The notes beneath the pieces were generated by a model that saw only the letters and a list, made by a program, of their open reading frames with translations, did not search any database and was not told where the DNA came from. A stretch of DNA of 64,000 nucleotides from Perna viridis (taxonomy: Eukaryota): assembly GCA_037379345.1 (NCBI GenBank), contig CM074512.1, positions 35,712,001 through 35,776,000 of the forward strand. Direction: 5' to 3'. Shown one piece after another: positions 26,919 through 41,500 of the stretch. Within the stretch, counting starts at the first letter, position 1; every line of letters starts with the position of its first letter. The translations under genes and the position numbers were made by a program.

Positions 26919-29900
26919 CTGAAAATAGAAAAAAAAAGACACATATGAAATAATCTTTCCTGGCAAAAAAATATAAGTAAAGTATTAAACAAATACAGCC
27001 ATCTATTATATAGATACAAACCAGTTTTCCTAAAATTCAAAATATCTCCAAAACTTGATATATCATACATATCCATAGGATACTGACCTTCTCTCTCAAG
27101 AACAACTTCAGAACAGAGTTCAAATTGCAAACAACCATATTTATAAAGTATGAGGAAAATAAAACCAACGAAAATAGTCTCTGTTCAGGTATTTCCATCC
27201 AACACCCATTAATATTGTAGTATGAATAATGATGACCCAAATAAAACAGTACAATAGCGATCACTGCTACTACCAACAGGACATCATGTTACACAAGGAA
27301 GTTAAGAATGATGTTTAACTTTAAAAGTTACAAAAACACATTGACTTCACTTCCTCTTTCTTCAAGTAGTCATATTCAGACATGAAGTACACAAATAAAA
27401 GAAGATTAATGTGGTCTTTGTTTCAGTTTCTAGGAATTCTATACATGTAAGACCTTGCATATCACCTTAAGATTTTATCATGTCATACAATATCACCAAA
27501 AATATATCTATTTTCTAAGTACAATTTATAACGAAAATATTGAGTAAAAAAGAACCCAAGAAACAATCTAAACTCACCAATAAAGTAAGAAATAAAAAAG
27601 AGATCCTGAACTATGATTCACAAAAAAAAGTAACAACTTTCATTCAATGGAACTGAAGTTTTGAACTGCATCAACACGCAAGCACAATGAGAAACTGTTG
27701 ATAACAATAAAAACGAAACTCTCTTTCTTGGCAAAAGACGCCATATGCAAAGACATCCAGAGAATGCAAGAAGACAATGATATCATCAAACATTTCCTTG
27801 TAGCTCCCAGAACAATGGATAGTTTCTGTCAACTTTCATTAGTGAAAGAAGTTGAGCAACATCTGATAAAAATAGGTAGGAGAAATGTAACTGTCTGTTA
27901 CCAACACCATACATCATTCCAAACCAACCCAAGCTTATTATCTCCCTTGATGGACGAGTTCTTTTGTGGGAGAGATAAACAACTCCTAATTGAAATCAAA
28001 TGGCATATAAATCTGGTGAATATAAGCAAAAGGGATTCAAATCTCAAATCTCAAATGTAATTGAACATCTTCTCAAGTATTTTATTTTATATATATATAT
28101 GTAACTCTTGAAATACTCACATTTTTTGTCTATTTCACATAAATCATTTTGAATAAGATTAAAATCCATACCTGAACTTAAAATCTTGGCGCACCTTGAT
28201 ATGTCATGCTTGATACTCATGTAGCATGTTCCCAATTTGCATATAAATTTTCCTTAAAACAAACATAACAATCTATTTCAACATTACCTTGCGGTTTTAG
28301 AGAAAAGCCTTTTTTACGTACACATTACATAATTTCACCAACTGCAATCATCAATTCCGAAACAACAAACATGTGTCATCCTCATAACAAAGGAACCAGA
28401 GAAAAGAAAAACGAAAAGATGAGTCACGTCTCAAATTATCTTCCCTTGATCCGTCACCACCATTTCCGAGAAACTACCAATATTCAACAAGTGGGCTGCC
28501 TCTTTTTAGACATTGGTTCAATCTGTTTTAAATCAAAATGCACCACTGCTGGACTATACTGAAAGATCGATAAAACATGCATAGCTTGACAAGCTTTGTA
28601 ACTTACTTGCCACTGAGGTAGAAAACCTGTTACGAAAAATTTGCATATTTTATTCATAAAACCACCCTTTTCTTAAATCACTAATATGTGACTTCCCTTA
28701 ACTTCTTGTAATTCTTTTACTGCTATGATCAATGAGAAATTGAGGGATAATCTCTGGATAGATGAAAGTGTCAACAGGTTTTCTCTTAACATCGTATTAA
28801 GGTTTGTATTACCAGTAGGTTTACTGACATATCAACTATAAATAGATATAACACTAAGGTTTTTTTTTCATAAGAAGTTCTGGTATCTTAACTCTTTCAT
28901 ACATGTGATATTTTATAGGTGAAGATTAACAGCTTATTTTAACTTAAAAAATGATCTCCAGTAATTTCTATCTAAATAATACATTTGCAGAGCTCAAATC
29001 AAAATACATTATACTGGTGAAAAAACTGGGGATAACAGATTCTGAAAAGAAATAAATGTCCTTTAATACAAATTTTACAACAAAAATTTGCTGGACGAGA
29101 ATAGCATAATAGTTTAGGTCACCTCACATGGAATTTACACAAAAAAGATTTCATCATGCTGGATTAAGTTCAAAGTTCAGAAATAGGGAACTACTCCTAT
29201 TCCAAAAGAGTTTTTAAGGAATTTTATCTCTATCAAACCTGATAAAAATTCATTATTTGGGTTAATTAATGATGTTTCCAGAGACTACAGGGAAAAAAAA
29301 CATCACACTTAGTACTACTTAAAATGCATTAAAAACTATTAAAGAACAGCTAATGTTAGCAACTTCAATTTCAGAGTAAATAAACATGTCATTATACTGT
29401 TAGGTTTACTTAATTAAATGTTAGGAACTGCCTGCTCTGACAATTAGAATATTGAACTTATATGGCAATACAAAACAGCAGGTTACTTTAGTCTTCAACA
29501 TTAACACAAATTTTACTGAGTAAACCAAAGAACATTTTATATCTGTTTCAACCCATCTCTGTAAATTAAAAAAAAAAAACCCAAGTGAAATAACAAAAAT
29601 TGCCCAAAGAAAGGTCAATTTTGACAGGTTTTACTTTGCATTTCCAGCATCTGTACACACAATGCAAATAACAAAACTTCTGATTCAAGGCCAAGAAAAC
29701 ATCAGACAGTGACAATGTTACCAATAGACAAGATCCTTTGCCTTAAACAAATTGTCTCAGCTATTTACGGTCAAAGATGACATAGTCTGAAGCTAGACCT
29801 CATTATAAGTCAAAGGTTAGGGAGAAAAAACACACACTTTAAGGAACACCAGAAAAACTGGAATTAATTTCTAGAATTTAACACAACATTTTATTGAACC

Positions 29901-29943
29901 AGAAGTGACATATGTTAAAACAGGTGGATTTATTGCATTACGG

Positions 29944-30091
29944 AGGCTGCAAACAGACCAACAGATATACATGGAAATCCTGAAACCCCTCAAGGCTGCA
30001 AACAGACAAATAGATATACATGGAAGTCCTGAAACTCCTCAAGGCTGCAAGCAGACCAATAGATATGCATGGAAGTCCTGAAACCCCTCAA
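29944..30091. repeat. 49-bp tandem repeat, 3 copies
   Basis: AGGCTGCAA at 29944, 29993 and 30042, each followed by ...AGATATACATGGAARTCCTGAAACYCCTCA. Confidence 0.95.
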
Positions 30092-30767
30092 ATATTTTGA
30101 TTGCATGGGTATAATACATTATAACAGTTGACTAGAAAACTGGCCAGCTCCACTAGAAAGCTAAGTTTTAGGGTCATTGAATTTCTACAGCACATTTTGT
30201 AGCAACCCTTAGCCAAAGCCACCATGGGTGCAGACTGGGGAGCTCAGATAAGATCAGTGCCCTCCAACAATTGTCTGAGCCTCAAACAATCATGGGTGAT
30301 ATCATCAAAGGCCTGTCACCTCCAATCACATCTTAATAATTAGACCTTTAAATCAATGCCTCATCAACTCAAGTTAATGAGCTTTGATTTGTTAATCAAG
30401 TACATGTACAGGTATTTGTTACCTAATCTCTTTCGCAGGTGCATGAGCATGTCAAATGCTTCCCATGTGATGCCAGAATCGTGAGGTTTTAAGAAAAGGA
30501 TAAGTATATATTGTCATCACATATTACAGTGAATTTGGAGGATAATATATACTACATCCTTTTCTTGTTTTTTTTTTTTTTTTTACAAAAATAGCTAATT
30601 AGTGATATATGCATTATTATATTTGTTTTGTTTTTGTTTGTTTATTTTTCAGGTTTTTTTTTTTTTTTTTTCAAAGTTTATAAGTGAAGATTAATAATAA
30701 CATAGACAATATATTTAATAACAACAAACCACAACTGTCAACGGAATAAATGAAGAGAAGAGAAACG

Positions 30768-30876
30768 TCCCATTTTCTTAAATCGACGATCTTTACAACA
30801 CTCCCATTGTCTTAAATCGAAGAACTATACAACATTCCATTTTCTTAAATCAAAGATTTTTACAACACTCCCATTT
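30768..30876. repeat. ~33-bp tandem repeat, about 3.3 copies
   Basis: Unit approx CCCATTTTCTTAAATCGAAGATCTTTACAACACT. Confidence 0.85.
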
Positions 30877-32447
30877 TTGTGTTTGAAAGTTTACCAAGGT
30901 TACAAAACTGCCACAAAATAAACTTATAGTTTTAACTTAGCTTTGAGCATCTTAGACAAATTCAATATGGTTTCCAAATACAAGTCCTTTTAGCCATAAT
31001 CTCACATCTTTGACCTTAAACAACTAGAAATAAATGAAGTCTGCCACAGGAAACTTCAATTTGTTTGCTTTTAAGACCAGTCTGTTTATTGTGCATGATG
31101 TGACATCGTAATGCACTCCAATTGAACGAGATAGAAAAGATGTCCTCAATTATATCCGGCTCATTGGTCGTGTCAAGGAACAGTCCTTAGAAAGTGAGAT
31201 CCTATTGCGAGAATGGTATAAAGGCCATTAATTGTAAAATTATTCAGTGCACATCCATTTTCTATTTCTAACTTTTCGATGCAGTAAAATATACAAGACT
31301 GACAGATACAACAAATCTTATTTCATTCTTTACCATTAAGACAGATAAAGTTACAGAATGCTAATATTTAGAGACATGGCATTTTCAAGGATATTATTTT
31401 TTTTATTTCTGTATTCAAACACATGAAATTTTCCTCAACAACATTTATTGAAATTATTTATATTAAATGAATCCACCAGGTTTCATTAAAGTCTGTTCAG
31501 AAACAAATAGTCAAAGCAAAAGCCCTCTTATTAATTAATGAATTTCAACACTGTACAAGACTACCATAGACACTGAAAAAGTCCTTATCGAAACTGACAT
31601 CCCCATGACTCAAACCTCTTCAGCCAGATGTTTAAACTCGAGCTCAGACAATCAGATTTCACATTGGACTGAATCAATATTGAATGTTTGTATGACCATT
31701 AAAGTCAAATGACAAACTTCTACAATATGATGTGACCTTTAACAAGGGGTCATTTTAATGTCATGATATGAGACCATAAATTGGTATCAGCCTAATCATA
31801 AACTGATAAATCAATGGTTGAAGGTAGACATCAGTTGGATTTGGTGAAAAAATAAAACTTATTTTCCACACTGAAAACCAATAAGTTTTGTTTCACACAA
31901 ATAACTTCACCAACTTTCTAAAAAGCGTTCAATGTCAAAACAGACTATTAACAACTTTGTTTAAGTATCTGTCTTCATAAAAATCAGACAGAAAGTGATT
32001 CATGCATGTCAAAGACCCACTGTATTCAGTTTTATTTCTTGTCTAGTCTCAATTTTTGATTTGGGTATTGAGCTTTTGAGATAAAGTTTATATAGATTGT
32101 ACATGCAATTATCACTTTGCAAGAATTATGGTTCTTGATTAAGTTTGATTTGGTTGATTTTAGTAGGTAGTTAAAGTGAAGTTTTCTTAAAAGTACAGAT
32201 CTAAATACAGAAAGGACTACTCTCACATAAAAAAATACCATAAGTAGACCAAAAAAGCATCGTCTGATCCATGGGTTTTCCTATACCATGAATCACCTTA
32301 CCATAGACAGTGTCTGAATTTTATATGGACTGATACTTAAAAGAATGCAGGCTATCCTGAAAAGCTACTATGATGATGAAAGTAGTATAGCTTGTCTTCA
32401 ACATAAGTGAAAAAGACTTAGTTGCATCCTAAAAATGAGCCGCAAGA

Positions 32448-32591
32448 TAGGAAACTCACTCAAATTCTAGCCAGTCGTGAATACAATTTTTCAATACATT
32501 TACTATATGGCTATATAGATTTTTGCTAAAATTAGCCAGCCCTGCCAAAAAATAGCCAGTCTCAGACTGGCAGGCAGGCTACTATTTCTAA
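32448..32591 (+). repeat. ~144-bp interspersed repeat, copy 2
   Basis: Direct repeat of 21671-21814 with only a few substitutions. Confidence 0.9.
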
Positions 32592-35500
32592 CTGTGGTCT
32601 ATGAGGCAGAAAATTGGTCATGATACAAGAGTAATAAATTATATGTATTCTTTAAGTACCTTACTAAATTCATCCACACCACAGAAATTGCGCAACTGTA
32701 TTTAAATCAAAAAGATTAAGACCAAGACATGAATTATGGAAAACCAGTACATATAAGTCAACACAAGTAGACCTAATATACATTCTGGACATTGATGCAT
32801 GTGCAGCATCCTCTAAATCGCTATGTAATGTGACTTTAATGAGAATATCTCATTGTAGAAGCCTCAAATCAAGAGTTGTACTGATGAAGATGTACTTTAA
32901 GACAAGAGCTGCATGCACTGAACACTAATGTCAATACAGGATTGCCAAAATATAGAGAAACAGTGAAGGTCTGCACTCCTTGCATTCCTTCATGTAAACC
33001 AAGCATCATTGTGTCTAAATGTTTGATGGATTTGTTATGAAAATAGCTGCTTTTTTCTTGGCATGGAAAAAAGGGGGAGGGAGTGTTATATTATGTTTCA
33101 ACTCTTTGAGTTGGCGTCAGCCTCCAAGCATTTTACCATCAGCTACTCCTACCATTTACTGATTAATAAGCAATAATTGACTAATTATGTACATAAAAAC
33201 CCAAATACTGACCATTCTTATATTACTATAAAGTTCTTTTGGATGATATTACTGACAACTAAATACCAGTACTTTCTCTTACTTTACTAGAAAAGAAAGA
33301 TTGACTCAATTATTTTTCAAATATGAATCAGTTCGACTTGAAGTGACAGAGAAAGATCAAAATTATGACTGGTTGTTAGACAAGATGTCATTGTACATGG
33401 TACATATCCTCCAAGGGTGTGTTCATTGTCACTGCATTCATATTTACATATGAACTTAAGCTTTAAAACACTTGTATATTAGCCTTAATATGCAGTGCAC
33501 TAGGTCTATATTTAATTACTGATGACATGCCCATGTCACTATTTGTTTAAACTGAAATCATAACCCTAAAGTACAGACTAACCTAAAAACTCCATGTACA
33601 TAAAAGAGAGGTATCCTTGGTAAGGGTCAAGGTAAAAATATCACTGCAACTTGCACTAAAAATATAATCTTTTAGACATCACTATTCCATAATGTCAGTA
33701 TTAAAGAAAAAGAGAAGTTAAATTTACAAATTTATAATTCTTCTTTGTATGCATCTTTAAAATCCTTGCAGAAAACCCAACACCTTAACAACATGATTAA
33801 CTTTTTTGAAGATTTTTACCTTAACGCTCAGCGATATAATCCTAAACAGTTATTCCATACAGATTGGATAATGATTCAAATATCAAATCTTTGAAGACAT
33901 CCATAGATGGTAAACCATGTACAAATGATTGTACAGAATAATCCATTAAAACTAATAGAACAATGTACCATAACTATGAAAAACACAAATAATCCTTCAA
34001 AAAACCACATGCAACTAATATCAACAAAAAAAAACCATGAAAAAAGCAAACATTAAAACAAACCTCTTTTACATCCCATACTAAAAAATTACAGCAAACA
34101 ATGATAAATAACCACAGGTAAATTATCCATAATGCCCCATCTGCCGATCATTCAGAGAACAAGTTCATCAACCTGACCGCAGTCTTGTCACCATATTTAA
34201 AAATCCTATTTTCCCATAAACGCCATAACAATGTCCACAGGCAAAGTCACTGCACATAATCCCTATAATCTATAGAGACACTTCATTGAGGGTCAATGAG
34301 TTAACCTGACAATGGTCAATAAGATAAAACTCAATATACCTGGAAAATTATAACCTAATAATAACAGATGATTTAGTGTTCTCCTGGGTTTAAAAGATAA
34401 AATTGAGAAGATAGCAATTTTTATCAATCATATCTTTTTAATATGGATGTCGACAGATGTTTTTACCATAATTTTTTTTGCCAAGATCAAAGGTTTCAGC
34501 GTACTCACTGTATTAGTTGCTTCCATTTATGGGAAAATTAAGGACATAAAAATATAGAATATAACTCCTTTTTCTCGCTAAAAATTAGAAGCCCTCAAGG
34601 AATGGATGTCTGAAGAATTCAAAAATCAATAATAGTAAACATCTGATACCTCCAGATATAGTGCTTAGAAACATGGGGTCAAGTAACCGCTCAACCTCTT
34701 TGAACTGTAACCTCTGACTTTAAAGACAATCATGACCCTTTTTCAGCTATTTTCCTACAACAATTCTTTAATCTATGATAATGAATAAATCCTTTATATG
34801 CTCAACATTCCCAGAGTAATTTGAAGTATTTTTTGGGCTCTTTTCTTGTTAGTGCTTAGTAGGTTGAAAATTAATAGCAATATGGTTATGCAGCATATCA
34901 TAAAAAAAGACACAATGTCATCATAAAACAACATGTACTGAAGCAATTGCAATCCTATTTTTCTTCAGAAAATTATTTCGAAATTTTTAAGAGATATTGC
35001 TTATCCCTAAAATGCTTTTATAATATGAAGTAACACAATTTTGATGTAAAAAAAAAGTAAAAATTATGCTACTATTTAACAGATTAATAATTCATAGTTA
35101 CTGAATGCCATTACCTTTATTATTATCACAACAGAAATTGTTCAGACAGGATATTTCTTAACATTCATTTCAGCTTGAGAAAAAAATTGTAAAGAAAGTA
35201 TATTTTTCACCGCATATGGGTCTGACCACAAGCAACATTTTCTTTTTTAAACATGAATACTGATAAAAATTGAACTTCCAGGATTACCATAATATTAACA
35301 AAAACCTTGTCAGATTGAGAGTTAGCAGCTAGCACTGCACATCAATCTAAAAACTTTCGTTTGAAATTTAAATTTTAAAAAAATCTTACCTACAAAATAT
35401 ATTCTTCTTCATCCTATCAAATTTTTTATGAAACTTCACTAAGTTATTGACATAGACACACATAAAAATCTTTTAACAGAAATATTTTCAGACAACAAAA

Positions 35501-38500
35501 GAAATAGAACATTAATTTCTTAATTTACATCTTCCTTGATGATCGATTTCTACGTGTCGTCATGTAAATGACTAAGAATTTTACCTTTCGTTTCACCTGT
35601 GACAATGGATACATAAACATATCCTTTCGTAACAAGCAGCCATGTTTTCTGATGTCTTTATGAAAAAATAAATCCAATTCGCTATCAGGATATATCTTCG
35701 ACTAAAGGAAAATCCCTCAGAAACAAAATGGCTTCCGTCACAGATATAAATCACAACCACAAACTTTGAGATTTAAATTAAAAAAAGTCTCGACCCTGAA
35801 ATTTACATTTTGTGTCCCACTCATCTCATCTCGCATAATAAACCACTCCCTCATTCAAAGGTAAACATTTTCAGCGACTAAACAAACACCGTTTACAATT
35901 TTATCTTTATATTTCCTGTTTGAAGAGCTCGTCCACATTTAGTCAAGGAACAGAATCAGGTAAAAATTGTCTACCTGTGCAATTCTATGGACTATTAATA
36001 GACCCTAATGCCAGACAATTTTTTATCCACAGGGAGTTCATTTAAGGTTATGCAGGATTAACTCTCCTAACCCCAAATGACCTTTCCTTTTGAATATTTC
36101 ATGTTGTGCAATTTCAATAATACACACATCAATTATTAATGATAAATATTTGTTTTCCATTGATCAGCTGCATGGTTGGTAGAATGATTTACTGTATTGG
36201 ACAGAATTCCTTTGGATTAAAGTAGATACAGGCTTTCAAGAAGGTAAAAGGAGAATCTGTCTAATCAAACCGACACTTGTATAAACTGGCACTGTTTGTA
36301 GGTCTTCAATTCATTACAATTACTTCTCAACCTATGGATTTATCAAACCAAATTTGGTGGATCCATGATGTTTTAAATCAAACTGGTTCATCTGTTATAA
36401 AATAATGTCAGGGGCGTCCTATACATGTATTTCGAAACTTGAGGTCACAAAGTGTATAACCATAAAAAAAGGGGATGTTTCTGGTACTAATACTTCATAA
36501 CTTTATCATTTAAGTAAAGTAATACATTTAATACCATTCAATAAGACAACACAAATAAAAGAGGGGAAAATATCTTTGTATGATAGCCTTTCTCAGTTTC
36601 TGATGCAACACACTCCCAACCTATGAGAAAATTAAACAAATGAAATTAACTCATCCCATCACGTCAACATTTAACAAACACGCCAAACAGAGCAAGTGCA
36701 TGTTTGGCACAACCTAAAAATTGACTCTGATATTAGTGGATATCACCGGATATTTATCAACGAAATATCGCTTGTGATCGTCCTTGAGAGTTATGACTCA
36801 TGTCTTAAAGTGATTTTTAAAGTTGATAAAAGTGCACAATACTTGTTCATATCCATTTACAGATAACTATGAATAAGGCACATTTAAAGCTAAGTTTATT
36901 CAAATCTAATTTAATTTGATAGGCTTACAAATAATGCGAACAAAATTGTATAAATTAAATGTAATGTAGGAGATATTTATAACACTATATTTTCAGTATC
37001 TATACTTTCAGTTTTCAAAACGATTATCAATTAAAAATCAAACTCCTTACAATCTGATATTAAATAAATTTGAATTATTTTATATTTTCACGCAAACACA
37101 TTTACAATAACTTACTGCAAAAAAGTCCATTAATTTATCCCAAATAAAATCAAAGTGTCCTCATATGAACAATCACTAATGCTGTTAAGCTGCAGCTTGG
37201 AAATCTCCTTATTGCAGTATAACAGTATTATAGCCACAGAAAAAAAAAACATATTTTATTCTTGTGAGTGATTCATGGTCTAAAATTTTCTGCATTTTTT
37301 CCACCATCAGGTGACACGTTCCTTCTTTTAATATGGTTGCAAGCTGTTGAAGAGTTTGTATTGATAGTTTATATCAAAGTATAATTGAACATGGACAGTC
37401 GCTGAATCAACACTATCTTTATAGTCCATCAACAGAAATTGTGAACTGATCTTTTGTCTGGCTGCACATGTGATCAATAACACATATGTATATTGGGGAA
37501 AAAAAACCACGATTTCCTATTAGGGAGCTATATCCCCAGGCTTGTATTCATAACTCTGCACTTTAATAACCCTTTATTGCTTATCAATATAAATATTAAA
37601 AGCAATACTACAGTCTGTCTCCATCCTATACATTAGTCAACTACATTACAAGTCCACAAAAGGCAAAATACATATTTAATGCAGATATAAATGTATAACT
37701 TTTATAATACATTTGTATTTATCTGTAGTCAACATTTATACATTGTCTGCAAACTAAACATGGAACAACATAAATGCACATCATATCTGTTTAAATTTTT
37801 TTTTTTACATTCTACCAACACGAAAGTTGTTTCAACTGCCTTTACAAGGACTGTCCCCCTTTTTTTCAACCAATGCACCTTGCACATGAGTAGTTAAGTA
37901 CACCCTTATATCGTATTAACACAAAATAGGGGGGAGGTCAATTAAATTTGGTGTTACCTTTCGGGAAACATCTGTCTTCAACAAATCAGTTTCCTATTAT
38001 GTTAATGCACATCCCTCTGATCAACACTTATAGATATTGAATATTCAAGTTGGATCTTTTGTTTGGCTGTAGGAGTATTGATAAAAAAAGATCATGTAGG
38101 TGTGAAATGCATCTGCAAAATCAATCTTTTTTTTATATTTCAATTGATGAAATTTTGGGCAAATTCAAATTGTAGTAGATGAGACATTTACTTAACTGGC
38201 ATTTTGTTCTGGTCTTTTAAAGCATCTTTTTAAAAATAAATCTTATCAAAATTTCCATTTAAAACAAATTTCTTTAAAGGACTTTATTGTACTAGATATG
38301 AAGTATCTCAGGAAGGAAAAACATAAATGTCAGCATTTTCCCCAGATTACCTAAAAATTTCTAAAATTACCTACCTGATTGATATACATCAAATAGGTAT
38401 AAAACAGAAATAAAGTTGAACATAACAAATGCACCAAGAGCATTGCCACATTAGCTATTTCCAGCTTTACAAATGAATCAAAAAGGGGACAATTTTTTGC

Positions 38501-41500
38501 ATCTTCATTAAAGTGATGCTTCTTAATTTATCAGTATAATCAATAATCATAACAGCAAAGATAATCATAAAATTTACACTGACAGATCAAGGGATCATCA
38601 CATGTGCAGCTATAAACTCGTACTTTTAAGTATTTAAAAGACATAAAAATCGTACAAAATATAGTTTATATTTTCTCTGTACTAAATTCCAATTTTCTAC
38701 TTCAATAATATCACAGTAAGCACTGAAAGTTTAATGCCAACTTTTGACATAGCTTAATTAATAGTGTTAACTTCAATGCATCATTTTTTTTTAAACTGAA
38801 CCTATTTTTAAATAATTGAAGAACATCCAAATTAATATTACACCAAACTGTAAAGATGATCTAGCACTTGATATGGCTGTGTAAATTTCAACCAAAAATG
38901 GACATGTTTTATTATCAAAATAGTTTAAAAGGTTGTTGTCCCTTTTCAGGTTATTTAATAGGAAAGTTCATCCTTTTATGATCAATTCTTTAACTGGAGA
39001 AAGAATAAAATTGACGCAGGAAAATCATTGTAAAATTCATATTTAAATGAATATTTTCAGACAAAATTTTCTATGGTCCTATCCCTTTTCATTTGGATTT
39101 TTATACTTGATTGTATTTCAAATACAGACAGTGAAGAAAGTGTATATTGCAACCAGAAAACTATTTTCAAAGTTCATTATGAGGTGGTTGCTCCCGAATA
39201 ATCAAGAGGTCATTGAGAGAAAGAAATAAAATACAGTTGATAGGTGGTCAGGCATTGCGATCTCATACTGTTTTCTTTTTTCAATATTTGCATATATTTT
39301 CATGTAAATGTCCTCTTGAAATGGGCATGTCTATTTATAAGTCTAATAAGGATGTCACCCCAATTATTCATTATAAAATATAACATCAGATACTTTTCAG
39401 CAGCTGGCTATTTAGCACAGACATATACAGATCTAAATTTCTTGATTCCTGGTGTATTTACATTTGAGTGACTAACCAGTACCATGCAGTTGACAGTCCC
39501 TCTATGTCAATATAGAACATCTAGCACCACTTTTAACTGCTACTTGAAGATTTTCACATACCGTGGTATATCAAACAATCTTCCTGAAAGGGACAAGTTT
39601 ATCAATTCAGGTTTTCAACAGTGAGAGTTGTGAAGTTTATATATACTCCACCATTCTCCAGTTACTTTTTGACATTAAAAGAGCAATATGAAACTTATCA
39701 AAACCAAGGTCACAGCAAAAGGTCATTCAACTTCAAAGGCAGGTTAGTCATTATGATTTTGACAGCTTCAATGCAATTTAATAAATCACCACAACATCAA
39801 AGTGATTCTTAAGGAGTAAATAAATCATATTTTGTGTATTTCCATCCTATATTATGTCCAGCAAGGCAACAGACTAATTTGCAGTTGGTAAGATAAATTG
39901 CCCAGAAGTATTGGATTTCTCAGTCCTCCCAATGAAACCTACAGTCTAGACAGGGCTAACTACTATGTGATTGATGGAGTCTTACCTGAGGCATACCTGT
40001 AATGAACAGGTGTAAATCTTTGATGAGGCAAATTAACAAACATCAGGTAAAGTGTATTTAACTGATTACCCAAAGGTCAAATAAGATGAATGACCTGACT
40101 TGATAAAAGAAACTCATGCAGAAAATCATACGATTATGCATTTTGTCATCAACTGTCCCGATAACATTTAAAGTTCACGTTCTTTGTTTTACACATGCAT
40201 AACAATACCGCCTATCACCTAGTCATTTCTAACACTGTTTCAATGGTGACCTTTTTTTCCCCTCAGTAGTATTTTACTATAAATTAGAAAAGTAGACAAA
40301 ATGGTATTTTTTAAAAATAGACATTATGTAATTTATCAAGTACATGGCAAAATAGATGGTTATGTCTTAATTACTGGGTTAAAATATCTCCTTGTACATT
40401 TCATGTGACACTGAGTTCACTTACTTGTGAAAATCATGTAATCATGTAAAAATTAGATCTTTTCTCTAATTTTCGAAGAAATTTGTACATGCTTTTCAAA
40501 ATTACTTCAAAAAGAGACATGAACATCATGGTACTGAAGATTCTATCTGATTTTTTTTTCACTCTTAAGTTTGTTGACTTTAATTTTTCTAGCTGTTTAC
40601 ATACAAATCTTCACTGATCTTAAAATAGATTATAACCTATTTCAGGCAGAATTTCAATCTTTTACATCCTTCCATTTTGATGTACTTTTGATTCTTCTGA
40701 TGGGGTTTTTGCAAGAGAACTCACTTTCTCATCAATAAATTGACCTATGAAACTTTAAAGCATGAAGTCTGATTTTCCATGGATAACTGGAGATATGAAT
40801 TCTACAGTCCTGATTTGGTTTAAGAACAACCATCTACAGCTAACCTGGAAAAAAGACCAAGACCTCAAAACTTTCACCCAAGTGAATTCAATCAATTTCT
40901 ACTTCCATTAACTCATAAAGAACAATTAGAAATATGTTGCTGTGTTTAAATCTTAGTACAAAAGTAAAGACATAAGAGCCTAAAGTCATTTTTATATAAG
41001 ATTTCTTAATTTGCATTGGAACCAAACATAAAGAATGGTAAAATTTGAAAGTTCCTAAACCATGCATTTAATGCACAAATTCATTTAATCATCCATGATA
41101 CAAAATATTAGCTTGTACAATGAGATCTGCCAGACAGATAGAGTCCAAGATCACACGACAGCAGTTTACATGTGAACACTTCCTAATCTGGGCCACTGTC
41201 AACAAGCAACTTTATCTTGATTATAAAGTGTTGATATATGAAATTTTAAATGAGCTTTATGAAAAGGATCATTGATCTTAGACTTATTTCTGAATATATC
41301 AAATCAACACTTTAGAGTAGTATAATCTAACACCTCTCTGTTTAATATTTCAGTCCTTTAATATCTTCAGATTTGAAGTGACAAGATGATTTAAATTAAT
41401 GTGCATGTATAGGTTCTCAATCAATAGACAATTTGTTACCCTGTATACCAATATTATTAGGTGTAAGATCCAACTAAGTTTCCATAAAGGTTATAATAAG

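Noticed and set aside
25900-27400. YGCY (MBNL-binding) cluster around the exon, expected for autoregulation
   Set aside because: Only scattered sites by eye (e.g. UGCC just after the donor); no clear enrichment without a computed background.
27572-27610. Possible ~28-nt upstream micro-exon ending TTG|GTGAGT
   Set aside because: Weak acceptor and U-rich body; compatible with chance.
27698-28060. 120-aa plus-strand ORF upstream of the mbl exon
   Set aside because: TTG start, no recognisable domain, intron-like composition; cannot be supported without homology data.
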